Assembly (NCBI GenBank): GCA_965205975.1
Contig: OZ242195.1
Span: 4,864,001-4,928,000 of the forward strand
Source: Candidatus Latescibacterota bacterium
GTDB taxonomy: Bacteria > Latescibacterota > UBA2968
Direction: 5' to 3'
DNA length: 64,000 bases
The notes beneath the pieces were generated by a model that was not told where the DNA came from, did not search any database, and saw only the letters and a list, made by a program, of their open reading frames with translations. Below, in pieces: positions 39,790-48,354 of the stretch; position 1 is the stretch's first letter, and every line of letters begins with the position of its first letter. The position numbers and the translations under genes were made by a program.

Positions 39790-40677
39790 ATGAAAACAGC
39801 CATTACCCAATTTCTCAACCATCTATCGCGACAGCGGCGATTGTCCGATCATACGTGTGCGGCATATAACACGGATCTGGATCAGTTTGCCGCTTTTTTG
39901 CAGGGGCGTCAGGTGGATCGCGTGGAACAGATTGACCGGAATGCGGTGCGAGATTTTTTGGGCTTTTTGCACAATAAGGGGTTTGGTCGGCGATCTGTTG
40001 CCCGAAAGCTGGCGACGGTGCGAACGTTTTTGAGTTATTTGTGCAATGTGGGCGATTTGGATCGGAATCCAGCACTCGATGTGCGCCCGCCCAGGCAGGA
40101 TAAGATATTGCCTGTTCATCTGGATGTTGACGAGGTTGCCCGCGCGATGTCTCTGCCGTCGCCCAATACGGTGTTGGGATTGCGCGATCGGGCGATTTTG
40201 GAGTTGTTTTATAGCGCGGGGATTCGATTGCGCGAGCTTGCGGGTCTCAAAATTGAGGCTGTGGATCTGGCAGATAAACTGGTGCGGGTTGTGGGCAAGG
40301 GCAATAAGGAGCGCCTGGTTCCTTTTGGGGAACCGGCCCGGGTCGCGCTGGTGGCTTATTTGATGCGGCGGGAGGAATTGGTTTCTGAACAGACGACGGA
40401 TAGACGGCACTTGTTTTTGGCGCGGTCTGGGCGTCCGCTGAGTCCGAGTGGTATTCAAGGTCGCGTCGCCCGGTATCTCAGCAAAGCGACCGGGCGGTCT
40501 TTGTCCCCCCATGCATTGCGCCACGCCTATGCAACCCATCTGCTGGATGCGGGTGCAGATCTCAATGCAGTGAGAGAATTGCTCGGTCATGCGAGTCTTT
40601 CTACCACACAGGTTTATACGCATGTGAGTGTTGAGCGGTTGAAAAGAGCCTATCGACAAGCGCATCCACGGGCGTGA
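39790..40677 (+). CDS. xerC: Tyrosine recombinase XerC
   Basis: RDRAILELFYSAGIR, GKGNKER, HALRHAYATHLL, LLGHASLSTTQVY, HPRA end; follows topA. Confidence 0.88.
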   Translation: MKTAITQFLNHLSRQRRLSDHTCAAYNTDLDQFAAFLQGRQVDRVEQIDRNAVRDFLGFLHNKGFGRRSVARKLATVRTFLSYLCNVGDLDRNPALDVRPPRQDKILPVHLDVDEVARAMSLPSPNTVLGLRDRAILELFYSAGIRLRELAGLKIEAVDLADKLVRVVGKGNKERLVPFGEPARVALVAYLMRREELVSEQTTDRRHLFLARSGRPLSPSGIQGRVARYLSKATGRSLSPHALRHAYATHLLDAGADLNAVRELLGHASLSTTQVYTHVSVERLKRAYRQAHPRA

Positions 40678-40688
40678 AACGAGGAAGT

Positions 40689-40801
40689 ATGATTCTCGGA
40701 TACAAGGACCGCAGAACCGAGTTGTTCGCCAGTGGCGTATCCGCTTTACCTGGTCCGGCAGTCCGGGGCCAACCGATGTCGAGATTGTAGATTATCACTA
40801 A
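40689..40801 (+). pseudogene. higB: HigB (plasmid maintenance killer type) toxin, internally deleted and frameshifted
   Basis: N-terminus MILGYKDRRTELFASG and, in another frame, C-terminus QWRIRFTW..PTDVEIVDYH*; directly upstream of higA. Confidence 0.85.
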
Positions 40802-40821
40802 AATCGTAGAGGATCTGAGCC

Positions 40822-41112
40822 ATGTTGAAGCGAGTTGTTCATCCCGGAGAGATTCTACGAGACGAATTGGCGGAATTTGGAGTATCCCCAGCGACGTTTG
40901 CACATCAGATTGATGTGCCGCCGGATCGCATTGGTCAGATTATCGCGGGCAAGTGTTCTGTAGATAGCGATACCGCTTTGCGCTTCGGGCACTGGTTCGG
41001 GGTTGATCCTTTATTCTGGCTGAATCTTCAGATGCAGTTCGATCTCGTTGTGGCCGATCAGAAAGTTGGGATGGCTATACGAGCCTTACCCACTGCTCAG
41101 GAAAGCACCTGA
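40822..41112 (+). CDS. higA: HigA family antitoxin
   Basis: VHPGEILRDEL, HTH, DTALRFGHWFG, FWLNLQ. Confidence 0.92.
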   Translation: MLKRVVHPGEILRDELAEFGVSPATFAHQIDVPPDRIGQIIAGKCSVDSDTALRFGHWFGVDPLFWLNLQMQFDLVVADQKVGMAIRALPTAQEST

Positions 41113-41285
41113 TGACACAACTTCCCGTATCATTGTTGAACGAACGATCTGTAGATTTACAGAAACGCGGTATTGACAAAGCGCAGGCTGCAGATTTGCG
41201 TGAACGCCTGGCGACCTTTGCCGAAGACTGGGAAAGCCCGGAAATGAGTATTTATGACAACTATGATGTAGCCAAATCCAATTAG
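41112..41285 (+). CDS. Small antitoxin-like protein (57 aa), possibly a 5'-truncated remnant
   Basis: TGATG overlap with higA; VDLQKRGIDKAQAADLRERLATFAEDWESPEMSIYDNY; below the ORF-track cutoff. Confidence 0.55.
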   Translation: MTQLPVSLLNERSVDLQKRGIDKAQAADLRERLATFAEDWESPEMSIYDNYDVAKSN

Positions 41286-41287
41286 AC

Positions 41288-42937
41288 ATGCCTGCGCTCG
41301 CGTCTCACGTCTTACCTCTTACCTTTTTCTTTCTTTTTTTTGCCTGTGCGCGGCAGATGCCTCCGTCGGGAGGACCGCTCGATAAAACGCCGCCGAGGGT
41401 GATTGATACAGTGCCCGCAGATGATTCTGTGCGAGTCGGGTTGGATACGCCGATTCGCATTCGCTTTTCTGAGGCGATGGATCGCAGGTCGGTCGAGCGG
41501 GCATTATTTGTTTCGCCACAGGGGGCTGAGGAATTCGGTTTCAAGTGGCGTGGGGATGTGTTGGAAATTCGGTTGCCCGATGGATTGCAAGCTGACCGAA
41601 CGTATCTGGTTACGGTGGGGCAGGAGAGCGCGGATGAGTGGCGCAACCGCATGCGGGCTTCTTATAGTTTTGGATTTGCGACGGGGGATCGCTTAAATCG
41701 CGGGGAACTCAACGGGCGGGTGTTGAAGTCTAAGGAGGAGAGGGGACAGGTTTTTGTCTGGGCTTACGATCTGTCTGTGGTGACGGTACCCGATCCGGGG
41801 AGAGATCGTCCCACTTATGTGACGCAGCCCGATGAGACGGGTCATTTTGTATTGCCGCGGTTGGGGGCTGGGAATTATCGGATATTTGCTTTTGGCGATC
41901 AGAATAATGATCGCACGTATTCATCTGGGGACTTGTTGGCACTTCCGCCAGGCGATGTGGCGCTTTCCGATGAGGGGCGCGTTCGCCTGGGCGACCTCAA
42001 ATTCGCGGTGCGCGATACGTCAGCACCTGCGCTCGTTGCTGCCCGCACTCCCGATCAACAGCATATTTTGATGCGTTTTGATGAACCCGTGCGGGTTTCG
42101 GGCGTTGAAATAACCGACCTGTCGGTGATGGAGATATATCAAGATCCCGTTGACTCGAGTGGGGTGGGATTGATTACCGAACCGCAGACACGGGGCGCGG
42201 AATACAGGGTGAGGGTTGATGTTGTAGATCGGTGGGGCAATCGCGATACCACAGATGCAACGGTGCGAGGCGATGGTACGCGCGATCGACGCGCGCCAGA
42301 GGTGTTGGCAATCGCACCGGTGGAGAATGCCGAGAATGTTTTGCCAACGGCTGTGATTCGCATGTTGTTTTCCGATGCGATGCGTGTAGATGCCGTGTCC
42401 GACTTCTGGATAGCGTCGGATTCGACGGTTGTTCCGCAGGGACATTTTGAATGGGTTGCGCCCAATCATCTCGTGTTTGCGCCGGATAGTCTGTGGACGA
42501 GCGGGGAGACGATTCGACTTATTGGAAATCGCGGAAGGCTATTGGATATTGTCGGCAATGTCCTCTCTGAACCGATTTCGTTTGTTTTTTCTGTGATGGA
42601 TACCGCGGCACTGGGTCAGATTTCCGGGACGACGTCTTCTTCTGATGTGGTGATATGGGTAGAGGGATTGGCGCATGAGTTTTTCCGGGAACAGGTTTTG
42701 CGGGATACGACGTTTAGTTTGACGGAGTTGCTTCCGGGGACGTATCGCATTTCCGGATTTTTAGATCGCGACCGCAATGGTCATTGGATGTCTGGGCAAG
42801 TCTATCCGTTTTTGCCCGCAGAGCCTCTGGTCGTGCAGGCTGATACTGTAGAAGTGCGGGCGCGGTGGGAGACGGAGGTGGAGAGGTTGGAATCCAAAAT
42901 CTGGTGGATGTTGCCAACCGGTGAGGAGAGTCCGTGA
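41288..42937 (+). CDS. Lipoprotein with bacterial Ig-like (Big_5) domains
   Basis: Lipobox FFAC, CA...PSGGPLDKTPP, FSEAMD repeats. Confidence 0.85.
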   Translation: MPALASHVLPLTFFFLFFACARQMPPSGGPLDKTPPRVIDTVPADDSVRVGLDTPIRIRFSEAMDRRSVERALFVSPQGAEEFGFKWRGDVLEIRLPDGLQADRTYLVTVGQESADEWRNRMRASYSFGFATGDRLNRGELNGRVLKSKEERGQVFVWAYDLSVVTVPDPGRDRPTYVTQPDETGHFVLPRLGAGNYRIFAFGDQNNDRTYSSGDLLALPPGDVALSDEGRVRLGDLKFAVRDTSAPALVAARTPDQQHILMRFDEPVRVSGVEITDLSVMEIYQDPVDSSGVGLITEPQTRGAEYRVRVDVVDRWGNRDTTDATVRGDGTRDRRAPEVLAIAPVENAENVLPTAVIRMLFSDAMRVDAVSDFWIASDSTVVPQGHFEWVAPNHLVFAPDSLWTSGETIRLIGNRGRLLDIVGNVLSEPISFVFSVMDTAALGQISGTTSSSDVVIWVEGLAHEFFREQVLRDTTFSLTELLPGTYRISGFLDRDRNGHWMSGQVYPFLPAEPLVVQADTVEVRARWETEVERLESKIWWMLPTGEESP

Positions 42938-43326
42938 TGTTCTCTTGGAAATATCGAGATCAGTTGCGTCAGGCGGGTGTTATTATTGGTCTTTTGGTAT
43001 TGATATGCGTGGTGTTGTTTTATCAGTTTACATATCGCACGCCCGAAGACGCGGAGCGAGAACGCGCCCGCATTATGTTGCAACGCATTGCGGCTCTACA
43101 ACACGCATATCGCGCAGAATATGGAACTTATTTGCCTATTGATGAAAAAAATAACGGTCGTATTTTACAGCTCAATAATGTGTCCGGACGTTTTCGCTAT
43201 CGGGTGACGGTTTCAGAGGATGGCTTCAAAGCGTATGCAGAAGCGGATTTTGATCGAGATGGCAAAGCCGAGGTCTGGGTGGTGGATGCAAGGGAATCAG
43301 AACCAGTACTCAAACATGAGGATTAA
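42934..43326 (+). CDS. Hypothetical membrane-anchored, type IV pilin-like protein
   Basis: N-terminal TM helix, LQRIAALQHAYRAEYGTY helix, ADFDRDGK. Confidence 0.6.
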   Translation: MMFSWKYRDQLRQAGVIIGLLVLICVVLFYQFTYRTPEDAERERARIMLQRIAALQHAYRAEYGTYLPIDEKNNGRILQLNNVSGRFRYRVTVSEDGFKAYAEADFDRDGKAEVWVVDARESEPVLKHED

Positions 43327-43329
43327 ATC

Positions 43330-45834
43330 GTGAAAAAAATGTGTATTGTTGGCCTTCTGCTCGCTCTGTGGGTTGGTGCAGAGGGGTATGTGATTCTTAC
43401 AGAACAAAATTCTCGTGGGCAAATTGTGATAAAACGCTGGTCACCTTCTCGGGCTGGGGCAGGTATTCCCTTTGTGGTCAATACCGGGAGTTTTCCCTTT
43501 CCCGAGACCGAGGTGGTACGGATTGCACAGCAGGGATTTAACGACTGGAGTGTGGTGCCGTCGGCATTTATTACATTTGAATATGAAGGTACAGCACAGC
43601 TTGAAGTGTCGGGTAATGATAATCGCAATGTGATTTTTTTCGATGCGACGGGAGAGGTTATTGGAGCACCCGAGGGTACGGGGGTCATTGCATTTGCACG
43701 GATCATCAATAACGACGACGGTCTTATTACGGACGTGGATATTGTTTTTAATGGAAGGGATCACGAGTTTTCGATTGAGCAGAATACTACGCCCGAGGAT
43801 CTGACAGATCTTCAGGCTGTGATGACGCATGAAATTGGCCATTTGTTGGGGCTGGATCACAGCCCCTGGGTGGGTGACCCCGACCTGCGCGCGACCATGT
43901 TTCCCTATACTTCGAATCAGGCACCGCGCGCGGAGCGTTCTCTGGAAACCGATGACCGCGCGGGTATAACGGCGTTGTACCCGGTGGAAGGGCTTACCGG
44001 TGGGATACGTGGACAGGTATTAGATGCCGATGGACCCACATTTGGCGTGCATGTGGTGGTTTATCAGGCAGACACTGTGTTTGTCGCGAGTGCTCTGTCG
44101 GGTTCGGCCGGTGAACAAAAGGGACCTAATGGCGATGGTCGGTATGAAATTCTCGGGTTGCCTCCGGGCGATTACCACGTTGCGATTGAGCCACACCATT
44201 TCGCAATTTCTGCTGATAATTTTGGCGGTATTTTTCAGACATTATATGAGGAAAGATTCGAAAAAGAGTACTATAATAATGCGTTTTTGCAGGACAATGC
44301 CCAGATTGTGCGCATTGAAATTGATCGCGTGATAGAAAATGTCGATTTTGCGATTGGGCCTTCTGTGGCGGGCGCGCCCTTTATTCGAGAGACTATTTTT
44401 CCGGCTAATACACCGGATCCCAATGGTCCCTATCGCTTTTCGGCAAGAGTCACCGATAATACAGGGGTGGCAACGGTTGAATTGCACTATCGGATCAATG
44501 GCGGAGGCGTGCAGGTGTTGCCAATGACCCACACGGGCGACGATATTTTTGCCGCTGAACTCGACGGACAAAATGTGGGATCGAGGGTTGAATATCGGAT
44601 GGTTGCGCGCGACGGCGATGACAATGAAACGCCTTCACCGCCACTTGAATTGCCCATGTTGCAATTCGATGTGATATCCCTTTCTGGATCTCCCGTACTT
44701 TTTGTCGCATTGCGAGATGCAGATGTAGTGGCCGTTATCGATATGGGATCGGATGAAGAGGTGGCGCGCATTCCCACTGGCGTGGTGCCCTTGAGTGTTT
44801 TGATGACGCCGGATCAGCGCTATTTGTTTGTCGCCAATACGGGGGGATCTGCCGGTACATCTGAGAATCGGGTCACGGTTATCGAGACTGCCACGCATCA
44901 AGTGGCGGCGAATATTGAGGTTGACACTGCGCCTTTGGATCTCGCTATGAGCGCAGATGGGCAGCTGGTCTATGTCACCAATTCAGATTCTAAGAGTATT
45001 TCGGTTATCGAGGTGGCGAGTTTGACTGTGCGCAATCGCATTCGGGTGCCGGTTGTTAATGACGGCGGTCCTTATGGCGTGGCGATTCATCCGAATGGGA
45101 AGCGGCTTTATGTCACAGATATCCAGGCCAATCAGGTGCTGATTGTCGATACCGCACTCAGGGCGACGGTTGGTCGCATTGAAGTGATTGAGGACCCCCG
45201 CTCATTGGTTATATCTGCGGATGGGAAGCGGTTGTATGTGTCGGGGGGAGACTTTGGTGACACTGGCGGCGGCGGTATTGCGGTAGTGGATACCGAGTCG
45301 GAGTCTGTGGTGACAACGATTTTTGTAGATGGTGGGGTATTTCGCCTCGCGTTATCGCCGGATGGTTCGCGGTTATACGGAACCGATCGCGCGAATGCCC
45401 AATTGGTCGTCGTCGATGTGGCGCAAAATCGCGTTGTGAATCGCGTCCAGGTTTTGCCCGAAGGTGAGGAGACACGCGATTTGTTTGTGTCGCGCGATGG
45501 GTCACAGATATATGTGGCGAACCAGAATTCGAATGAGCTGGTTATTTTTGACGCAGAGTCGTTTCAGATTTTGAAAACGCTGAGTTTTGAAGATATGCCG
45601 CGTGGTATCGCCGTGCGCTCTCAGCCAGCTGTGTTTCTGCCTTTGAAGGAGATAGCCGCTCAAGCGGATTTCGATGGCAATGGCAAGATCGACTTTGGCG
45701 ACTTTCTCCTGTTTGTCGCCGCTTTTGGTGCTGAGAATCCCGATGCGCGTTTTGACTTAAATGAGGATAGGCAAGTCAATTTTGGCGATTTTTTGTTGTT
45801 CACCAGTGTTTTCGGAAGAACGGTAAGCGCGTAA
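43330..45834 (+). CDS. Secreted matrixin (M10) metalloprotease with YVTN beta-propeller and C-terminal EF-hand/dockerin-like domain
   Basis: HEIGHLLGLDH plus Met-turn ATMFP, YVTN/YVAN repeats, DFDGNGKIDFGDF and DLNEDRQVNFGDF. Confidence 0.88.
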   Translation: MKKMCIVGLLLALWVGAEGYVILTEQNSRGQIVIKRWSPSRAGAGIPFVVNTGSFPFPETEVVRIAQQGFNDWSVVPSAFITFEYEGTAQLEVSGNDNRNVIFFDATGEVIGAPEGTGVIAFARIINNDDGLITDVDIVFNGRDHEFSIEQNTTPEDLTDLQAVMTHEIGHLLGLDHSPWVGDPDLRATMFPYTSNQAPRAERSLETDDRAGITALYPVEGLTGGIRGQVLDADGPTFGVHVVVYQADTVFVASALSGSAGEQKGPNGDGRYEILGLPPGDYHVAIEPHHFAISADNFGGIFQTLYEERFEKEYYNNAFLQDNAQIVRIEIDRVIENVDFAIGPSVAGAPFIRETIFPANTPDPNGPYRFSARVTDNTGVATVELHYRINGGGVQVLPMTHTGDDIFAAELDGQNVGSRVEYRMVARDGDDNETPSPPLELPMLQFDVISLSGSPVLFVALRDADVVAVIDMGSDEEVARIPTGVVPLSVLMTPDQRYLFVANTGGSAGTSENRVTVIETATHQVAANIEVDTAPLDLAMSADGQLVYVTNSDSKSISVIEVASLTVRNRIRVPVVNDGGPYGVAIHPNGKRLYVTDIQANQVLIVDTALRATVGRIEVIEDPRSLVISADGKRLYVSGGDFGDTGGGGIAVVDTESESVVTTIFVDGGVFRLALSPDGSRLYGTDRANAQLVVVDVAQNRVVNRVQVLPEGEETRDLFVSRDGSQIYVANQNSNELVIFDAESFQILKTLSFEDMPRGIAVRSQPAVFLPLKEIAAQADFDGNGKIDFGDFLLFVAAFGAENPDARFDLNEDRQVNFGDFLLFTSVFGRTVSA

Positions 45835-45857
45835 TATGCGATAATCCCCGAAAAATA

Positions 45858-45892
45858 AAAAAAGCTCTGGATGCCCGGAGCTTTTTTCTTTT
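45858..45892 (+). terminator. Rho-independent terminator
   Basis: AAAAAAGCTCTGG..CCGGAGCTTTTTT. Confidence 0.75.
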
Positions 45893-45956
45893 TGCGCTTA
45901 GATTGTGGTGTATATTGCAATGGTGTGTGATTTTTTAGTTTTTTTACAAGGAGGAT

Positions 45957-46823
45957 ATGATGACGTTTGGACAGGGTGATTATGTCTATACGGTGGAGGA
46001 AAATTGGTGGTCGTTGCCCGAGGGTTGGTCGTTTGGGTGGATACCGGCGGTGGCTGTTGATTCGCAGGACCGCGTTTATGTGTACAGTCGCAGCGAGCAC
46101 CCGATGGTGGTTTTTGATCGCGAAGGCAATTTTTTGTCTTCGTGGGGCGAAGATGTGTTAAAGGATGCGCATGGCATTTATATCGATGCGGAGGATCACG
46201 TCTATTGTGTGGAGCGCAACACGCATTGTTTGCGGAAGTTTAGCTGTGATGGCGAGTTGTTGATGACGGTGGGGACGCCCGACCGGGAAGGCGATGAGGG
46301 TGAGCCGTTTCGGTTGCCGACCGATGTCGCGTTTGATTCTCAGGGGTTTATGTACGTGTCCGATGGGTATGACAATGCGAGAATGCACAAGTTCACACCC
46401 GATGGCGAGTTGATCAAGTCCTGGGGGGAGCCGGGTACGGGACCGGGGCAATTTGATCTGGTGCATTCTGTACGGGTCGATAAGGATGACCGTTTGTGGG
46501 TGGCAGATCGAAGTAATAATCGCATTCAGTTTTTTGATACCGAGGGCAATTTCCAGGGCGAGTGGACGGGCTTACACCAACCCGATACGGTTTATATTGA
46601 TGACGAGGATGGTGTGGTTTATATCGCGGAGTTGGAGCAACGGGTGAGTATCTGGACGGTTGATGGCGAGAAAGTGTCTGAGTGGGGGCGCGGTGTTGAA
46701 AGCGATATCCCCGGGGAGTTCAAGAAGTGTCCGCACGGTATCTGGCTGGATTCTCACGGCGATTTGTACGTGGGGGAAGTGCAGACAGATGCCCGATTGC
46801 AAAAGTTTATCCGGCAGAGATAA
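45957..46823 (+). CDS. NHL-repeat beta-propeller protein (peptidyl-alpha-hydroxyglycine lyase-like)
   Basis: AVDSQDRVYV, YVSDGYDNAR, WVADRSNNRIQ repeats. Confidence 0.88.
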   Translation: MMTFGQGDYVYTVEENWWSLPEGWSFGWIPAVAVDSQDRVYVYSRSEHPMVVFDREGNFLSSWGEDVLKDAHGIYIDAEDHVYCVERNTHCLRKFSCDGELLMTVGTPDREGDEGEPFRLPTDVAFDSQGFMYVSDGYDNARMHKFTPDGELIKSWGEPGTGPGQFDLVHSVRVDKDDRLWVADRSNNRIQFFDTEGNFQGEWTGLHQPDTVYIDDEDGVVYIAELEQRVSIWTVDGEKVSEWGRGVESDIPGEFKKCPHGIWLDSHGDLYVGEVQTDARLQKFIRQR

Positions 46824-46830
46824 GACTGTG

Positions 46831-47685
46831 ATGATTGAGGGTATTGTCACTTATGGTCGGATGATTAAATTCGGCCACAGTATTTTTGCCTTGCCATTCG
46901 CGCTTTCGGGCGCGGCATTGGCGGCGGCTGGATACGGGATTTCGTCCGAGCAGGTGTTCTGGATTGTGGCGGCGATGGTGGGCGCGAGAAGTGCGGCCAT
47001 GGGTTTTAATCGGCTTGTAGATAGGAAAATGGATGCGGCCAATCCGCGCACATCTAATCGCGAGTTGCCGCGGGGGGTTATTTCTGCTGGTGCTGTGAAA
47101 GTGTTTGTTTGTGTGTTTTCTGCGCTACTCGTTTTTGCGGCGTATAAGTTAAACCCACTGTGTTTGATGCTGTCCCCCGTGGCATTGGGCATTGTGTTTT
47201 TTTATTCTTATACAAAACGATTTACGTGGGCTACGCAGCTTTTTCTCGGTTTGGCATTGTCTCTCGCGCCAGTGGGGGCGTGGATCGCGGTGACGGGACA
47301 ATTGGATGCGGAAATTTTACTGCTCGGTGGTGCGGTGTTGATGTGGGTCGCGGGGTTTGATGTGATTTACGCCTGTCAGGATGCCGAGTTTGATCGGCGG
47401 TTTGGGGTGTATTCGATCCCGCAGAAGTTTGGGGTTGGACCCGCATTGTGGATTGCGCGAATATTTCATGTGATTGCTTTTGGTTTGATGGTCGGCGTGG
47501 GGCGGGTATTTGAATTGGGGATGGTTTATGTAGCTGGCGTGGTGTGCGTGGGATGTTTGCTGATTTACGAGCATTATTTGGTGAGACACCGGGATTTGTC
47601 AAGGGCGGGCATGGCGTCTTTGACAATGAATGGTGTGGTCAGTGTGGTGTATTTTGTGGGGATGCTGGTCGATTTGTTGTTGTAA
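46831..47685 (+). CDS. UbiA family prenyltransferase (MqnP-like)
   Basis: IKFGHSIFALPFA, FNRLVDRKMDAANPRT, YSYTKRF, DVIYACQD. Confidence 0.9.
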   Translation: MIEGIVTYGRMIKFGHSIFALPFALSGAALAAAGYGISSEQVFWIVAAMVGARSAAMGFNRLVDRKMDAANPRTSNRELPRGVISAGAVKVFVCVFSALLVFAAYKLNPLCLMLSPVALGIVFFYSYTKRFTWATQLFLGLALSLAPVGAWIAVTGQLDAEILLLGGAVLMWVAGFDVIYACQDAEFDRRFGVYSIPQKFGVGPALWIARIFHVIAFGLMVGVGRVFELGMVYVAGVVCVGCLLIYEHYLVRHRDLSRAGMASLTMNGVVSVVYFVGMLVDLLL

Positions 47686-47712
47686 TCCGCTGTATCTGGG
47701 ATTCTGTTTGCT

Positions 47713-48306
47713 ATGAAACAAATTACGGTTGCAATTACAGGGGCAAGTGGGGCTATTTATGCGTTGCGCACATTGCGTGCGTTGCTGATGCACAGGGTTG
47801 CTGTGGATGTGGTGATATCCGAATTTGGCTGGATGTTGCTGCGAGATGAGGCGGGCTTTGAGGGAAAACAGCGAGATTTTGGTGGTTTTATCCGAGAACT
47901 TTACGGTGTTTCGGTGGATAATATGGCACTGCATCCACTTAAGGATCTCGCTGCAACGCTGGCGAGTGGTTCGGCGCAGTCAGATGGCATGGTGGTGGTG
48001 CCGTGTTCGATGAAAACTCTGGCGAGTATAGCCCATGGGTTATCGCGTAATTTGATTGAGCGCGCCGCTGATGTCGCGTTGAAAGAACGCCGGACGCTCA
48101 TTATCGTGCCGCGGGAGACGCCGATGAATTTGATTCAACTGCGCAATATGGTGGCGGTGGCCGAAGCGGGTGCTGCCGTGGTGCCGGCGATGCCGGCATT
48201 TTATCAAAAGCCGGAGACGTTTGATGATTTGGCGGATTTCGTCGTTGGTCGAATTTTGAGTTTGTTGCGTATTGAGCACGATTTGTATCCGGCGTGGGAA
48301 GGGTGA
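47713..48306 (+). CDS. ubiX: Flavin prenyltransferase
   Basis: ITGASG, ASGS, PCSMKTL, RAADVALKERR, PRETP, PAFY. Confidence 0.95.
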   Translation: MKQITVAITGASGAIYALRTLRALLMHRVAVDVVISEFGWMLLRDEAGFEGKQRDFGGFIRELYGVSVDNMALHPLKDLAATLASGSAQSDGMVVVPCSMKTLASIAHGLSRNLIERAADVALKERRTLIIVPRETPMNLIQLRNMVAVAEAGAAVVPAMPAFYQKPETFDDLADFVVGRILSLLRIEHDLYPAWEG

Positions 48307-48308
48307 TC

Positions 48309-48337
48309 CGCAGATGAACGCAGAAGAACGCTGATAA
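48309..48337. repeat. Short 10-mer tandem repeat (CGCAGATGAA-like x3)
   Basis: CGCAGATGAA CGCAGAAGAA CGCTGATAA. Confidence 0.55.
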
Positions 48338-48354
48338 AAAAAGGGGCTTGGAGA

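Noticed and set aside
39790..40677. Tyrosine recombinase as an integron or island integrase for the adjacent TA debris
   Set aside because: Size, motifs, HPRA end and topA linkage fit housekeeping XerC; no IntI-specific insertion or attC site seen
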